From Eledone cirrhosa (Eukaryota), in assembly GCA_964016885.1 (NCBI GenBank), contig OZ024740.1:261330001-261394000 (forward strand): 64,000 nt of DNA. Direction: 5' to 3'. A model generated the notes under the pieces. It did not search any database. It worked only from the letters and a program-made list of their open reading frames with translations, and was not told the DNA's origin. The number at the start of each line of letters is the position of its first letter. Positions within the stretch are counted from its first letter, which is position 1. Below are positions 25,866 to 37,722 of the stretch, piece by piece. The translations under genes were made by a program, and so were the position numbers.

Positions 25866-26371
25866 ATTAAATAATAAAAAAAGAAGTAAAGTCCTACACA
25901 GTTGCTGACTCTCTGCAAACCTCATGTGGAACTCACATTTTTGTACTGCTTACACATATTGGGCAATGAAGTTGCTACTACACACACACATCATATGCCA
26001 CATCTAAAAGAAAACTATTCTATTGATTGGCAAGGAGACTATTCTATTCACTCACTGAGCCACTAGAAATAACTAGCTCATAGAGGAGTTTTATCACCTG
26101 TCTTTGCCTCCTCTATCATAGGTATCAAGCCTATGCTTGAAAAAAATTGGATGATCATGGATGGAAATGCTTCATTTGACTACAAGTCAGTTTGGGTGGA
26201 CAAAAAGATCTAATGGCATCTCAGGTAGATTGTTAGCATGGAATAATGGTCATTGATAATAATGATGATGATGATGATGATGATGACAATTGTATAGTAT
26301 AAAGACCATATAAATTCATTTGTTATAAAACATAGTTATTTGTAGAAAATATCTTACAAGATATCACAAAG

Positions 26372-27202
26372 CTATTGTTTCTCTCCTGTGTGGGTACGTT
26401 TGTGTTGAATTAAATTATCACTTCTCGAAAATGTTTCACTACATATATCACATTGGTATGGTTTCTCCCCTGTGTGAATACGTTTGTGTCGAGAGAAATG
26501 ACCACTTTGAGAGAACGTTCTCCCACAGATATAACAGTGGTATGGTTTTTCTCCTGTATGAATACGTATGTGGTCAGATAGATGACCCTTTGCAGAAAAT
26601 GTTTCCTCACAGACATCACATTGATATGGTTTTTCTCCTGAGTGGATAAGTTTGTGATAAGTTAAATTACGATTTCTAGAAAATGATTTACCACAGATAT
26701 CACAGTGGTATGGTCTCTCTCCTGTGTGAATATGTTTGTGGGCAGACAAATCTGTACTTCCGGAAAATTTTTTACCACAGGTATTACAGTGGTATGGTTT
26801 CTCACCTGTGTGAATGCGCACATGGGTAGATAAATTACCATTCTCAGAAAATGCTTTACCACAGACATCACAGTGATATGGTTTTTCCCCTGTGTGAATG
26901 CGTTTGTGTCGAGAGAAACTACCTTTTTGAGTGAAATTTTTACCACAGCTATCACAGTGGTATGGTTTTTCTCCAGTGTGAATACGTTTGTGTGAAACTA
27001 AGGTGCTACTATTTGAGAATGTTTTACCACAGACATCACAGTGATACAGTTTTTTACCTGTATGAATAAGTTTATGGCAAGATAACAAAGTCCCTGTTGT
27101 GAACAACCTCCCACATACATCACAAGAGTGGGATTTCACATCTGTATTTTCTTGTCTTTGATTAGATGAATCAAGAACTTTAGGCTCTGCTTTCTCCTCC
27201 AT
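26372..27202 (-). CDS. C2H2 zinc-finger protein, 9 fingers
   Basis: Intact 276-aa ORF; N-terminus nearly identical to gene 2; acceptor TTGCAG at 27628. Confidence 0.95.
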   Translation of the reverse strand: MEEKAEPKVLDSSNQRQENTDVKSHSCDVCGRLFTTGTLLSCHKLIHTGKKLYHCDVCGKTFSNSSTLVSHKRIHTGEKPYHCDSCGKNFTQKGSFSRHKRIHTGEKPYHCDVCGKAFSENGNLSTHVRIHTGEKPYHCNTCGKKFSGSTDLSAHKHIHTGERPYHCDICGKSFSRNRNLTYHKLIHSGEKPYQCDVCEETFSAKGHLSDHIRIHTGEKPYHCYICGRTFSQSGHFSRHKRIHTGEKPYQCDICSETFSRSDNLIQHKRTHTGEKQ

Positions 27203-28855
27203 AACTTAATCTTTTAATCAATATTTTCCTTGTGTTCGGTCTTTGTTAAAGCCTGTTTATGTCTTAGTTCTTCTGAAAGAACTTCAAGATTCATTCAAAT
27301 AGAATCTTGTGATTAATACTCAACAACTTAAGGAACAACTAACTCCAATTGACAAGATATAGCTAGAAATCCAGATGACAACATTATTACACATAACAGT
27401 TAAAAGTTCATTGTAAATCTTTCAATTTTAATTTGTAACCCAAACCTTCCAGTAGAAAAATAATTTTTGCAAATAATCTCAATTCTAAGGAAATAGTTTA
27501 CATCCAAGTGAAATGTTGTAGAAATAGGCAGACATCCATTTGATGAAGTTATTTTTAGTGCTCAAAAGTTAATAAATATGTCGATAAAATTGAATGAAAT
27601 ATTTTCATCTTGATATCATCTGATAACCTGCAATAGAAGCCAACATAAGACATAAGGTAAAATGAATTGATAGCATGAAATGAAGATTATTGGATATAAG
27701 ATATACGAATATACATGTATTAAAACAGAGAATAGTTATACAAAGTTAGAATATATTTACAGTGAAAAGTTATGGTGGAAAGGCTTGTCACATTCCTTTA
27801 TCTCTTCTGCGAGCTTTAGCAATTCAAGATTAGCTCTCACCACTTACATCCAGGTCTTCCTCTACAGTGGCTTCCTTCCACTGGGATTATGTACCACATA
27901 ACCAGTTAATCAATTACTGATATTAAGATGATTGTCAATTCAAATATAATTTTCAAAATTGACAATTGCAATTTTGTTCTTTTTTCAATAACACCTAAAC
28001 AAGAATGTGACATTAAAAATCTTGAAAACAATAGTGGTCGTGTTATTTCTAGGATGTCTACCAAAAGTCTTCCATAATAGTAACTAACACCGATGACCAA
28101 TAAAAGAGCCTTTTTTCTGGGTCTGGAGAAAGCGACAGTGCATATAAACTTCGCAGGCCTTCCAAAACTATAAATATTGATGCCGTTAACGTTCCTTTTA
28201 ATCCGGTGTAGGTGGACGCATGCAACTAAGTAATGGACAAGGATGGAATTTAAAAGGGCTGAGTTTTGGGGAAGGAAGGGTTGCGCGGGTGAAGAGAGTG
28301 GGGGAGGACACAAGGGTAAAAAATCCCAAATCCAGGACTTTCTTACTCTTGTTGGAGGAACCCCTTCCTGGTTGACACCCACCAATTCCTGCCTCTGGCC
28401 ATATTGGGTCATGTGGGGCTGAGGTATTGGGTCAGATCGTCGCGCAATCTTGCATTTGGGCGCCTTCTGCTTCTTCTCTACGGCCTTGGTTTGTACTCTG
28501 TCGCTCAACATGTGTAATGACAAAAAAAAAGGGGATAGTGGTCAAGTGAGTCGTGAGTGTCTGAGTTGAGGAAGTACGGGACGAGGCAGTTCCAAGGTTT
28601 TCACTATTTTGGCTTTCTAATGAAAATGTCGTTCCATTTTGTGTATGTTGGACGAGGAAGTATAAGTACCAAGAAAAAAAATATATATTTCCTAAAAATT
28701 AAATTAACTACAGAACAGAAGTGAGAAAGAATTTTTTAAAATGGATAGACCAAAACAGGATTTGATCTGGCCGAAAGTAGGAATTGTGTAAATGAAGTAG
28801 AAATGTAAACACGAAAAAAAGACATCAATATCCAAAATATATTAAGGATACTTAC

Positions 28856-29140
28856 ATAACAGTGTAGTTTTTAAAATGAAATTCTGAGAGTTTTTAAATT
28901 AACGCACCAGAACTTTTGACTACTTCGTACAGGATTTTCTTCTGGTTAAGGTAAAATCTCTCAACTTAACTAGAGCAGTTAATTAATCTTTCCTAAAACA
29001 GTGTAAATGTAAATAAATAGTAAGTAATATATGTACAATATTTACAGACTTAGTAAACAAGCAGATTTGGTAAAACGGAAGTATCATTGATTGTAAAGGA
29101 AATACTTACCTCTAATTAGTAAAGAGTGCTACACATTTTG
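28856..29140 (-). promoter_or_regulatory. Predicted non-coding exons of ZNF gene 3 (28856-28941 and 29110 onward)
   Basis: ACTTAC at 28850 and 29104; CGGAAGT at ~29076; paralogous to the gene 1 and gene 2 blocks. Confidence 0.6.
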
Positions 29141-29814
29141 TTGTTTCTTGGCTGAAGGTGCGTTCCTAATTAAAGTATATCAGTCATTTCTGCTTCGTTT
29201 TAATTTTAAACAGTATATATAAGACTGAGGCGGCGAATTGGCAGAGCCGTTAGCACGTCAGATAGAATGCTTTGAGGTCAACTTTGCCTTTCATTCAGTC
29301 GAAGTCGTTAAAAAAACGTACAAATCCTATACTGTAATCAATTCTCCCTCTATATATCTTTCTCATTTCCATTCTATCACTCTCTATCCTTCTATGGAAG
29401 AAATCTGCTGTATTCAGACCTGGAGAGGAGATGGGCTTAGTCAGGTTTTTAAAATGCCCTAGAAATACTGTATTATACTGTAGCGAAATATGTTCACATC
29501 TTCGAAATTTAACCGTCATTTTCTACGTTATCTCTTTTCGGGGGTCAACACATCTGAAAGTGGACGACTTCTAGAGGTCAGTCCTTTGTTCTCAAGGCTT
29601 GGGGAGAGAGGAAGCATCAGAGATAAACAGCATGCCTTAGATCAAGCCGGCAGCAGTTCTGGTGAGTAAACATGTAGACTATTGCTTTCTACAGATCCCT
29701 TGGGGGGGGGTCTTCAGACTTACTTTCTTTTACTCTCTCTCTTTCACTCAATCTCTATCTCTTGGTCTCTCTCTTAACCAAGACATGAACTTTTCTTACA
29801 AACAAACAAATAAC

Positions 29815-30535
29815 GTACATAATTCTTGTGTATTTTTCGTATAACTTCGGCGTGAGTTATAATCAATAAATTAATAATATAGCGGTTTGGTGTTATCGTG
29901 CTTCATTTATATATATTCATTTTCTGCGTGATCAAGGAACTATCATATCATAATCTTATCGAACACTTACCTGCACACATGCAACCTGTGGTCACACTAT
30001 CACACAACAGTGACCACATGATACAGCAAGCTACAAGTGAGCACGCACGCAACAAACGAATCAACACAACACAATCAACTAACCAACTCGACCAACAAAC
30101 CATTGCTATAATACCTCAGAATGGACCAGGCAAACAAATTGAACACGGAGAAGATAGTGCAGTGACGTAAGAAAGCATTCACTGAGGCATCTTATGCTGC
30201 TTTCGCCAAGCTAGGCAAAATGAGATGGGCAGGAGAGCAGAAATTCCGTGGTTGGCTATGCTAGCCAAATTCAAAGGGTTGTGAGGGTGGCATTTGTGAA
30301 CGGTTTCCCCGATGAAATTTTGGTGAGGCTCCAACAGTTGCAGGGCAACAAGAAAATGGCCATGAATGAGCTAATCACACAGTCCCGCGTAGTGACACGA
30401 GGCATTGAGCGGAATGTTGCAACGTTAGCAGTGATGGAAGCCCATAGCAGTCGACAGTGGTCGCTCAGAGGCCAGTGCTGCAGGTATCAACGTCCACGCA
30501 TGGTAAGGGACTGCAGAGAGCCAAAGCCCTAGGGT
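29815..30535 (+). mobile_element. LTR retrotransposon remnant (LTR-like segment plus decayed gag)
   Basis: Repeat shared with 6040-6310; VRVAFVNGFPDEI..RLQQL and a degenerate zinc knuckle (QCCRYQRPRMVRDC). Confidence 0.6.
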
Positions 30536-30649
30536 TATGAGACCATACACACACACAGGACTGATGTGGCAAATTGGCAGAGTCGTTAGAAAGATAAAAT
30601 GCTTTACGGTATTGCCCCAGTCATTTTTTTTATAGATCAAGACTAGGAA

Positions 30650-30840
30650 CATGACTGCTTCCTTTTCATGCTGGACAACGTTGAGACCAAACTGCTATTT
30701 TCTTCCTTAAAATCAGAAAGACAGCAGACCCCTACAAGGAAAGTGTCCCATGAGGTGGTATGGCTGTTGCAGCAGGTGCTGCTGGCCATCCTCCATGGCA
30801 ATATCTTCACCATTTTGTCCACAGGTCGCAGCTAAATCAT
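30650..30840 (+). mobile_element. CRE-like LINE 3' remnant
   Basis: EVVWLLQQVLLAILHGN resembles ELEWLFQRVSLAVDRGN of the 3226-4735 element. Confidence 0.5.
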
Positions 30841-31029
30841 GCCACTCTGATAGGGGTATAGATTCTGTTGTACTTTCTCTTTCTTTCATTGCTTAATTAC
30901 TTTTTTTCTTTTCTTTCTTTTTCATTTCCTTATTGCCATTTATATTGTACATTTTTTATCACATCTTCTCTTTAGTTTATCTAAACACTTATGGCTGAGT
31001 GGTTAAGAAGTTTGCTTTGAATTAATGAG

Positions 31030-31760
31030 TTATCAGCTTTACTTCATGGTGGAAATGAAACAGGCACAACAAAGTTGTACCAATGTCCATGTTCTCCATA
31101 GTTATGAGGTTACTTAAATATGCACTGGGGCACATGAACAATACCAAGGATCGTAAAATCATCATCAGGGCACTCAAACGCCCAGCTTCAGAACATGAAC
31201 ACAAGTACAAGATATTTTTCACTGACGAAGTTGGTGAACTGTAAGAGCAACATGACAATTTGGAGTAAATTATATGAAACTCATAGGGCCTATGACTCAC
31301 TCCAATATCTGCTCATCTTCTGGAATTGTCAAGATAGATATAATTATCAGCTACAGCAGATCAAGATAGGAATAGGACCAGAAACCGGCTGATCAATCAG
31401 CTGAAAATAATTCTATGCTTATCATTTCATGATACGAGATCACTTCAACCAATTTCTGAGATTCAAAGAAGTAACCAACCAGTTCATGATGGACATGTAT
31501 GCCAAAATTGAAACAAAGAGATTGGGTTTTCTGCGAAGAAATCAAAATATGTTGAGGGCAAAGAACTACATCCACCTTAAAGATGCCATCAATTTTGATG
31601 GTGACCCAAGAAATATTGGTCAGCCAGTCATACTGCCATCAAGCTTCATGAGGGAACTCACATTATGTGTAGAAATATATGCAATGGCCTATGTCAGCTC
31701 ATTATTTTTACATGTAGCTCAAACTGGACATAAATATCCAATAAATTATTTAAAATGAGA
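31030..31760 (+). mobile_element. Helitron Rep/helicase pseudogene fragment
   Basis: YDSLQY.L.F, QF.MDMYAKIETKRL.FLRRNQ..LRA.NY..LKDA and GQPVILPSSF are Helitron Rep N-terminal motifs. Confidence 0.9.
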
Positions 31761-32559
31761 AATTGAAGGATCAACATGATGGGATATTAACTCTGGTTAC
31801 TGCCTGTTTATGGTTAGGTTCAATTTGGGGTGGCGGTGAATGATGTGACGTACATTTAGTTGACATAACATTCCATGAAGACACCTGGAATTAAGGGCCT
31901 TGCCACATCAACATTTTAATTTCCCACTCACATCGGCCTCGGCTTTGAGACAAATTGAGGTAGGGGATTAAAAAATGTCCTCACTAAAACGAAATTTCCT
32001 TTTAGTACTTAAAGAAAACCAATTTGATTTTTACAACTACAATTATTGTTGGTTTCATTTTAATTTTGCTGGGTTTTTAAGTTTTACCAAGAAGGAATAA
32101 TTTAAATCGGTGAAAAGAATCAATTTTAAAATGAATCAATACTGTTTCTTTTTATATCATGAACATCATTATCCAAACTACACTTTAATGTGTAATTTAA
32201 GGAAGATTTGGCGACTATTTCTAGCAAGGCAAGCGATCATGTAAGAGGATGCCACATTGGCTAGACAATGTGTATTTGTACATCCAAACACCAACAATAT
32301 ATGTAAAGGAAACAGAATACATTAATAAAGGTCTGGCAGCTGCAAACAAAAAGAAAGTCATTTCAATATGTTAAAATAACAAAATATAATTAATATATCT
32401 ATTTAGTCAAACCTTTTATACGAAAACTATATTTTGATTTCATATTTGGATTTTTTTCATAGTAAAGTTACATGTTATCATGTAAAACAGTATTTAGAAT
32501 ATGAGAGAACTTATGGCCTGAGTTAGCAATCTGAGAATAAACCTGAGAACGGGAAGAGG

Positions 32560-32908
32560 TCTAAAGTCTGTTTTGAGCCCGGAGGCTCATCAGGCCAGTG
32601 CTTATCCTAGTTTCTATCGTGTGAAGCGACTAAGGGTACAAGACCTCATCCCACCCGCCTTGGACAGGACGCCAGACTATTGCAGGGTTAAAGTATGTCT
32701 CGAGCCCGAAGGCTCATTAGGCCTGTGCTTATCCTGGTTTTCATGTTGCGAAGTGACTGAGAGTACAAGACTTCGCCCAGGACACCAGTTCATCACAGGG
32801 TTAAACCCCCAGCTATTACTGGTGCTCATTTTCAGCTGAGTATACTGGAGCAAAATGAAATGAAGTGTTTTACTTAAGAACACAACTCAGTCCAGGAATC
32901 GAACCCAC
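32560..32908 (-). mobile_element. tRNA SINE with V-domain-like body and duplicated 3' part
   Basis: Homologous to 49008-49290; the aaagtctg..gaaggctcat block occurs twice. Confidence 0.7.
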
Positions 32909-33202
32909 GACAATGGGAAGAGGACAAGCTCTATATTCTTGGCTAGACAATACATCACAGCTACGCCCGCCCAGCAGACAAGATAGTGAAAGCATTGTCA
33001 CAGAGAACAGTTAGTGATACACACTGCATTGGTCATTATAACTCGTGAGGCTGCTTCCTCTGATCTGATGCCCTCTTCCTGATTTGGCAGAAGAAAATGG
33101 CAATTCAGAGACGAGGACACCGGAAGTCTTACTGACGAAACAACACAAATAGGAAATAGTTAGTACCTGGTACTTGGTCAACTTCTGCTTCTCTGCTTTG
33201 CT

Positions 33203-33377
33203 GACGGTGGTGTCAAAATGTGTGGCCTACCCGCTGTATTCATTGGACGGTAGTGTCTATATTTGTGGCCTACCAGCTGCAGTCATTGGACGGTGGTGTC
33301 TAGATTTTTGATCTACCAGCTGCAGTCATTGGACGGTGGTGTCTATATTTGTGGTCTACCAGCCGCAGTCATTGGAC
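33203..33377. repeat. 43-bp minisatellite, 4 copies
   Basis: gacggtggtgtctatatttgtggcctaccagctgcagtcattg units start at 33203, 33246, 33289 and 33332. Confidence 0.9.
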
Positions 33378-33771
33378 TGCATTCAGGCTGGGGTTCTGCC
33401 ATCATCAACCATTATATTCACTAACAGAAAAACCACCCTACGAGTGGTTTTCTGCTAGCATGTGTAGTGTGTTTATTGATATTATACACAAATATATACA
33501 CAGAAATTGAACAAAGCCTATGTTACAGTCTTCTGTAATCAGTAATCCATGATATATTAAAAAAAAAGACAACATTATATATAAACTGCATTATGAGAAA
33601 ATTAGCAACGGAAATATATGCGATTATAAGTGTTATAATATAACGGCCGCTAACCGGAAGTGTTGACATTTGATAATTTTAAAGAAGTGAATTTTAAAGA
33701 TTAAGCTATAAAATATATTTAATCAACAGCCACAAAATTTAGCACATAAATTATGTAATATTCATTCATTA

Positions 33772-34235
33772 TTCTGAGTTCAAATCCCGCCGAGGTTAAC
33801 TTTGTCTTCCATCCTTACGGGGTCGATAAAATAAAGTACCAGTAATGCACTGGGTATTTGCTGGCCTTGTGCCAAAAGTAGAAACAATTATTTATTCAAA
33901 GAGCGGTGAATTGGCAGTATCGGTAGAGGGTCGGACGCCATGCTTTCAAGCATATTTATGCCCCTTTACGGTCTGAATTCAAATCCCGCCGAGGTTAACT
34001 TTGCCTTTCATCCTTACGAGGTCGATAAAAAAGTACCAGTAATGTACTGAGTAATTGCTGGCCTTTTGCCAAAAGTAGAAACAATTATTTATTCAAAGTA
34101 ATCCAACTTATTTTACAAACGGGGTAAAAAAATATATTCTGGACGCAATCCCGCAGACCTTCCTTTATTATATTAAGAGTACCAGTAATGCACTGGGTGA
34201 TGGCTGGCCTTGTGCCAAAAGTAGAAACAATTATA
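33772..34235 (+). mobile_element. Cluster of nested Nin-like SINEs
   Basis: Truncated copy 33772-33895, full copy ~33901-34090 flanked by tttattcaaag duplications, and a tail at 34178-34235. Confidence 0.85.
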
Positions 34236-34741
34236 TTAAGATTCTTTGTAATTATTTTGGTTTGCAACTTATTTTAACAATATTCTTTTGTCGAAGTACA
34301 ATCAGTTACATAATTCGTAGCTAAATTATTACAAATCGTTAACTATTTATGAGTGAAGGGTCAAAAGAAAGTCACCCTTGACGAAGTTTTGATCAATAAA
34401 TTTAATTCTCTCGCATATACTGTTATCTCCAGCTAAAGGGAAATAATAAAAAAAAATAAGCAAAGGTTGTGTCCCTTGATATATTCATATCGCAATACAT
34501 GACCAACTAAAAGCAGATTAAGAAGGCATTAATAAAAATGTATGAATTCATAGAAGATAGATCTTCCGTTGTTTTCGACGATGTGCATTCACTTGTTCTA
34601 ACAGCTGACGTCTGTGATTAACGTGTAAGTGATGGAGTCTTCCACAGACACGTGTACTCCTCTTAACTTACACTCGGGTACCAAATAAAGAGGAAGTACG
34701 ACGGAGATACAGTATAAGAATAATATTAAGAAATATGCTGG

Positions 34742-34924
34742 GTCTACATAAAGCGTTTATTCATTATAATTATTTCTATGGCGACCCGTAGGTATTCAAG
34801 GTGCAATAGTTGCATTTGTTGCTTGTACTGGTGCGATTTCATCAGATAAATTTACGCTTTTGCACCTTGAATGCATATGTGTCGCCATAGAAATGATTAT
34901 AATGAATAAACGCTTTATGTAGAC
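34742..34924. repeat. Fold-back element with ~65-bp arms
   Basis: gtctacataaagcgtttattc...ggtgcaa is inverted to ttgcacc...tttatgtagac; CTGATGA lies on the minus strand in the loop. Confidence 0.85.
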
Positions 34925-35209
34925 AGCATCTTAATGTTTTCTTTTATATATATATATATAGCAAAATTGTAATATTATATGTGTATTTAATAACGTACCT
35001 AATGAACGCGCACACAGACACGTACATATTCATATACAAAATGTGACATCGGTGTGTTGTTTCCTATTGTTTTAATCCAAATGAAAATAAAAATTATCAC
35101 ACACTCTCACATACATGTTCTAAGACAGACACATACAGACATACATTCACGCACACCCGTCTGTCAGCACATATGTATCTGTATGTGTAGATGTGTGTGT
35201 GAAGATAAT

Positions 35210-35688
35210 GTGTATTTCGGATTTCGCATCCATCAACTGGGGGGTTTTCCGAGGGGGAAAGTTAACGGCAGACAACAGAGGCCACGTACCGTTCCTCTCC
35301 CACAGATAACTTTCGCTGGTTTTTCACGGTTGTTCCTTTGTCCTGTGTCTCCCCACAATGGGATCTGTTCACCTGTTTTTTTCTCTTTTTTCCTCTCTCC
35401 TCACCACCTTTCCCCCTTTGTTCTTTTTCCTCCTTGCCTTTTGATTAAGAGAGGGCCTCGGGCGCACCGCGGATCGCTATTGATGTCCTGTAAATAAGCG
35501 CCGAAACATCTGGATTGCGGAAAGAAAAAGAAGGAAAAGAGGAAGAAGAACAAAGGAGGAAAGGTGGTGAGGAGAGAGGAAGAAAGAGAAAAGGGGAAAA
35601 AAGGGAGAAAAAACAGGTGAACAGATCCCATCGTGGGGAGACACAGGACAAAGGAACATGCAAATGAGTAACCGTGAAAAACCAGCGC
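35210..35688 (-). mobile_element. Penelope pLTR-like fragment with fold-back
   Basis: Minus-strand ggaaaaccccccagttgatggatgcgaaatccgaaata matches 2179-2215; inverted arms at ~35314-35430 and ~35545-35688. Confidence 0.65.
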
Positions 35689-35779
35689 GTTAACCTATAT
35701 CGCTGTCTAATTTATATATATATATAAATAGCCGTTAAGATCTTCTTCCTGGATATGTCAATATTTATAAAACAAACTT

Positions 35780-35839
<60 letters not shown>

Positions 35840-36504
35840 CCCACACTCTCAAAAGCGTGAACCTAATAAACTCTTATTTGTACTGCCTCTCTGTTTTTGT
35901 TCCCGTTTAAGTTTTTTTTAAAAAAAATTTTCTTATTTTACGTCTTTTATATTATTGTTCTGCATTCTCCTGCATCGAACCACCTAGGTACTATGACATA
36001 ACCTGTGTATTTGCTGGCATTGGCGTACATCTGTGCGCTTATGTTAGTAGATATATTAAATTATCTATATTTATCTCCAAATCACTGATTTGTCGAGCAA
36101 ACCTGCCAAAACCACTTCTAAAAATTTTTTTTGGGGGTGTTAGTAGACGCTTGTCATCTTACCACCCCATTCCTACTGACTAGCCTCTGTGTCACGTGAT
36201 TGATTCTTTAGAATCGGCCATATGATCAGTGGCAGTGAGAATTTTCAGTAGCTGGAATCCAGTCCTCGATAGCTGTTCCATTTACCGAATTATTATTATT
36301 TTTATATGAGTCGCCAGTGTCCGCGCATCGCCTGGAGACTCGGCTGAGAATGACCTCCCTGATGACGCAATGAAATTCTCAACGGTTCATTACGTAACTG
36401 TCTTTATCCCATTGCAGAAACTAATTAGTTAGAGTGAAAATTTAAGTAAGCAAGTTAATTTTTTTTTTAAATTTTTTAAAAAAATTTTCTTATTTTACGT
36501 CTTT

Positions 36505-36542
<38 letters not shown>

Positions 36543-36980
36543 ATATCGAGTGAGTGTGAAAGACCGAAGGTCATTATTGAAAGTCTCTGGATGTGTATAT
36601 TTCGCAAGGTACTTTTTATTGGAGAAGTTAAGAACGATCACTTTGTAGCGCTCTCTAGACAAAAGGAAGTAACTAGAGTTACTCTCACGTAGAATTCTAG
36701 CGTATTCCTTGAACTTCCGTTCTAGGAATTATAAAGGAGGGAGCAAAGAGCAATCTCTCTCTTTGGCGACAGGCTCTTGAACTGTTCACACACGAGCGCA
36801 AATACACAAACGTTTTTCTGTATCTGTTATCTAATTAAATTAGTGGTTGGCCTGCAGTGGTATTTACTGAAGTAAATAACCCTGTGACCAACTCACTAAA
36901 GTGGTGACCCAGACGTTTGAACATATAATTTCTCCCGAGGTTTTGAAAAAGAAAATCATCTCTCTCGACCAAATTTCATC

Positions 36981-37722
36981 ATGAGCAACACATCGTTACC
37001 AGCGTATTGTGGTTCGCCTAGCTCAATGCGTATTTTGCGGAGTACAGGAAAAACTGCAAAAATTAAACGCGCTAATAAGTGGAATTCCTGCTTCGCTGGC
37101 AACCTCAGTTAAAGACATAATTACAGATCCTCCACAAGGCACATCTTACGAAACCCTAAAGGCAAAAGTGCTCAGGCGGAACAGCCGCTCGTCTGAGAGC
37201 AGATTTCGTTCCTTGTTGGAGGAGGAAAACCTGGGAGACAGAACCCCGTCTCAGTTTTTACGGCGCATCCGGGAACTGAGCGACTCAACAGCAGAGGACA
37301 ACTCTTTCGTGAAACAATTATTCTTCTCCCGTTTGCCAACAAATGTGCAGACCATATCGGCAAATATGGTCGACACCAGTTCTTTGGAATAAATTGCAGC
37401 CTCGGCGGACCGCATTATGGAATGTTCTCGTGTGCCTACTTCGGCAGATTCAGTCGTCGCTTCTTCTGATTTCAAAACCCAGCCCGCTTCACCTCGTGAG
37501 GACTCAATGTTGAGAGCCATTGATGCGTTAACTAGACAAGTAGCTAAACTATGTAGGGATCGAACGCCATCTAGGTGGCGTTCACGAAGTCGGTCTTCTT
37601 CCTTTCATCGTCGCGCCAACCACCCCGCCAACAACTTGTCTTTGTGTTGGTATCACGTGCGTTTTCGTGAAAAGGCGAAACATTGTATTCAGCCCTGCTC
37701 TTTCGAGACCTCGGAAAACTAA
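36981..37722 (+). pseudogene. gag: Gypsy gag (interrupted)
   Basis: LGDRTPSQFLRR, QLFFSRLP and CWYH.RF...A..C..PC motifs; internal stop at 37390. Confidence 0.9.

Noticed and set aside
33203-33377. CRISPR array
   Set aside because: Head-to-tail repeats without spacers.
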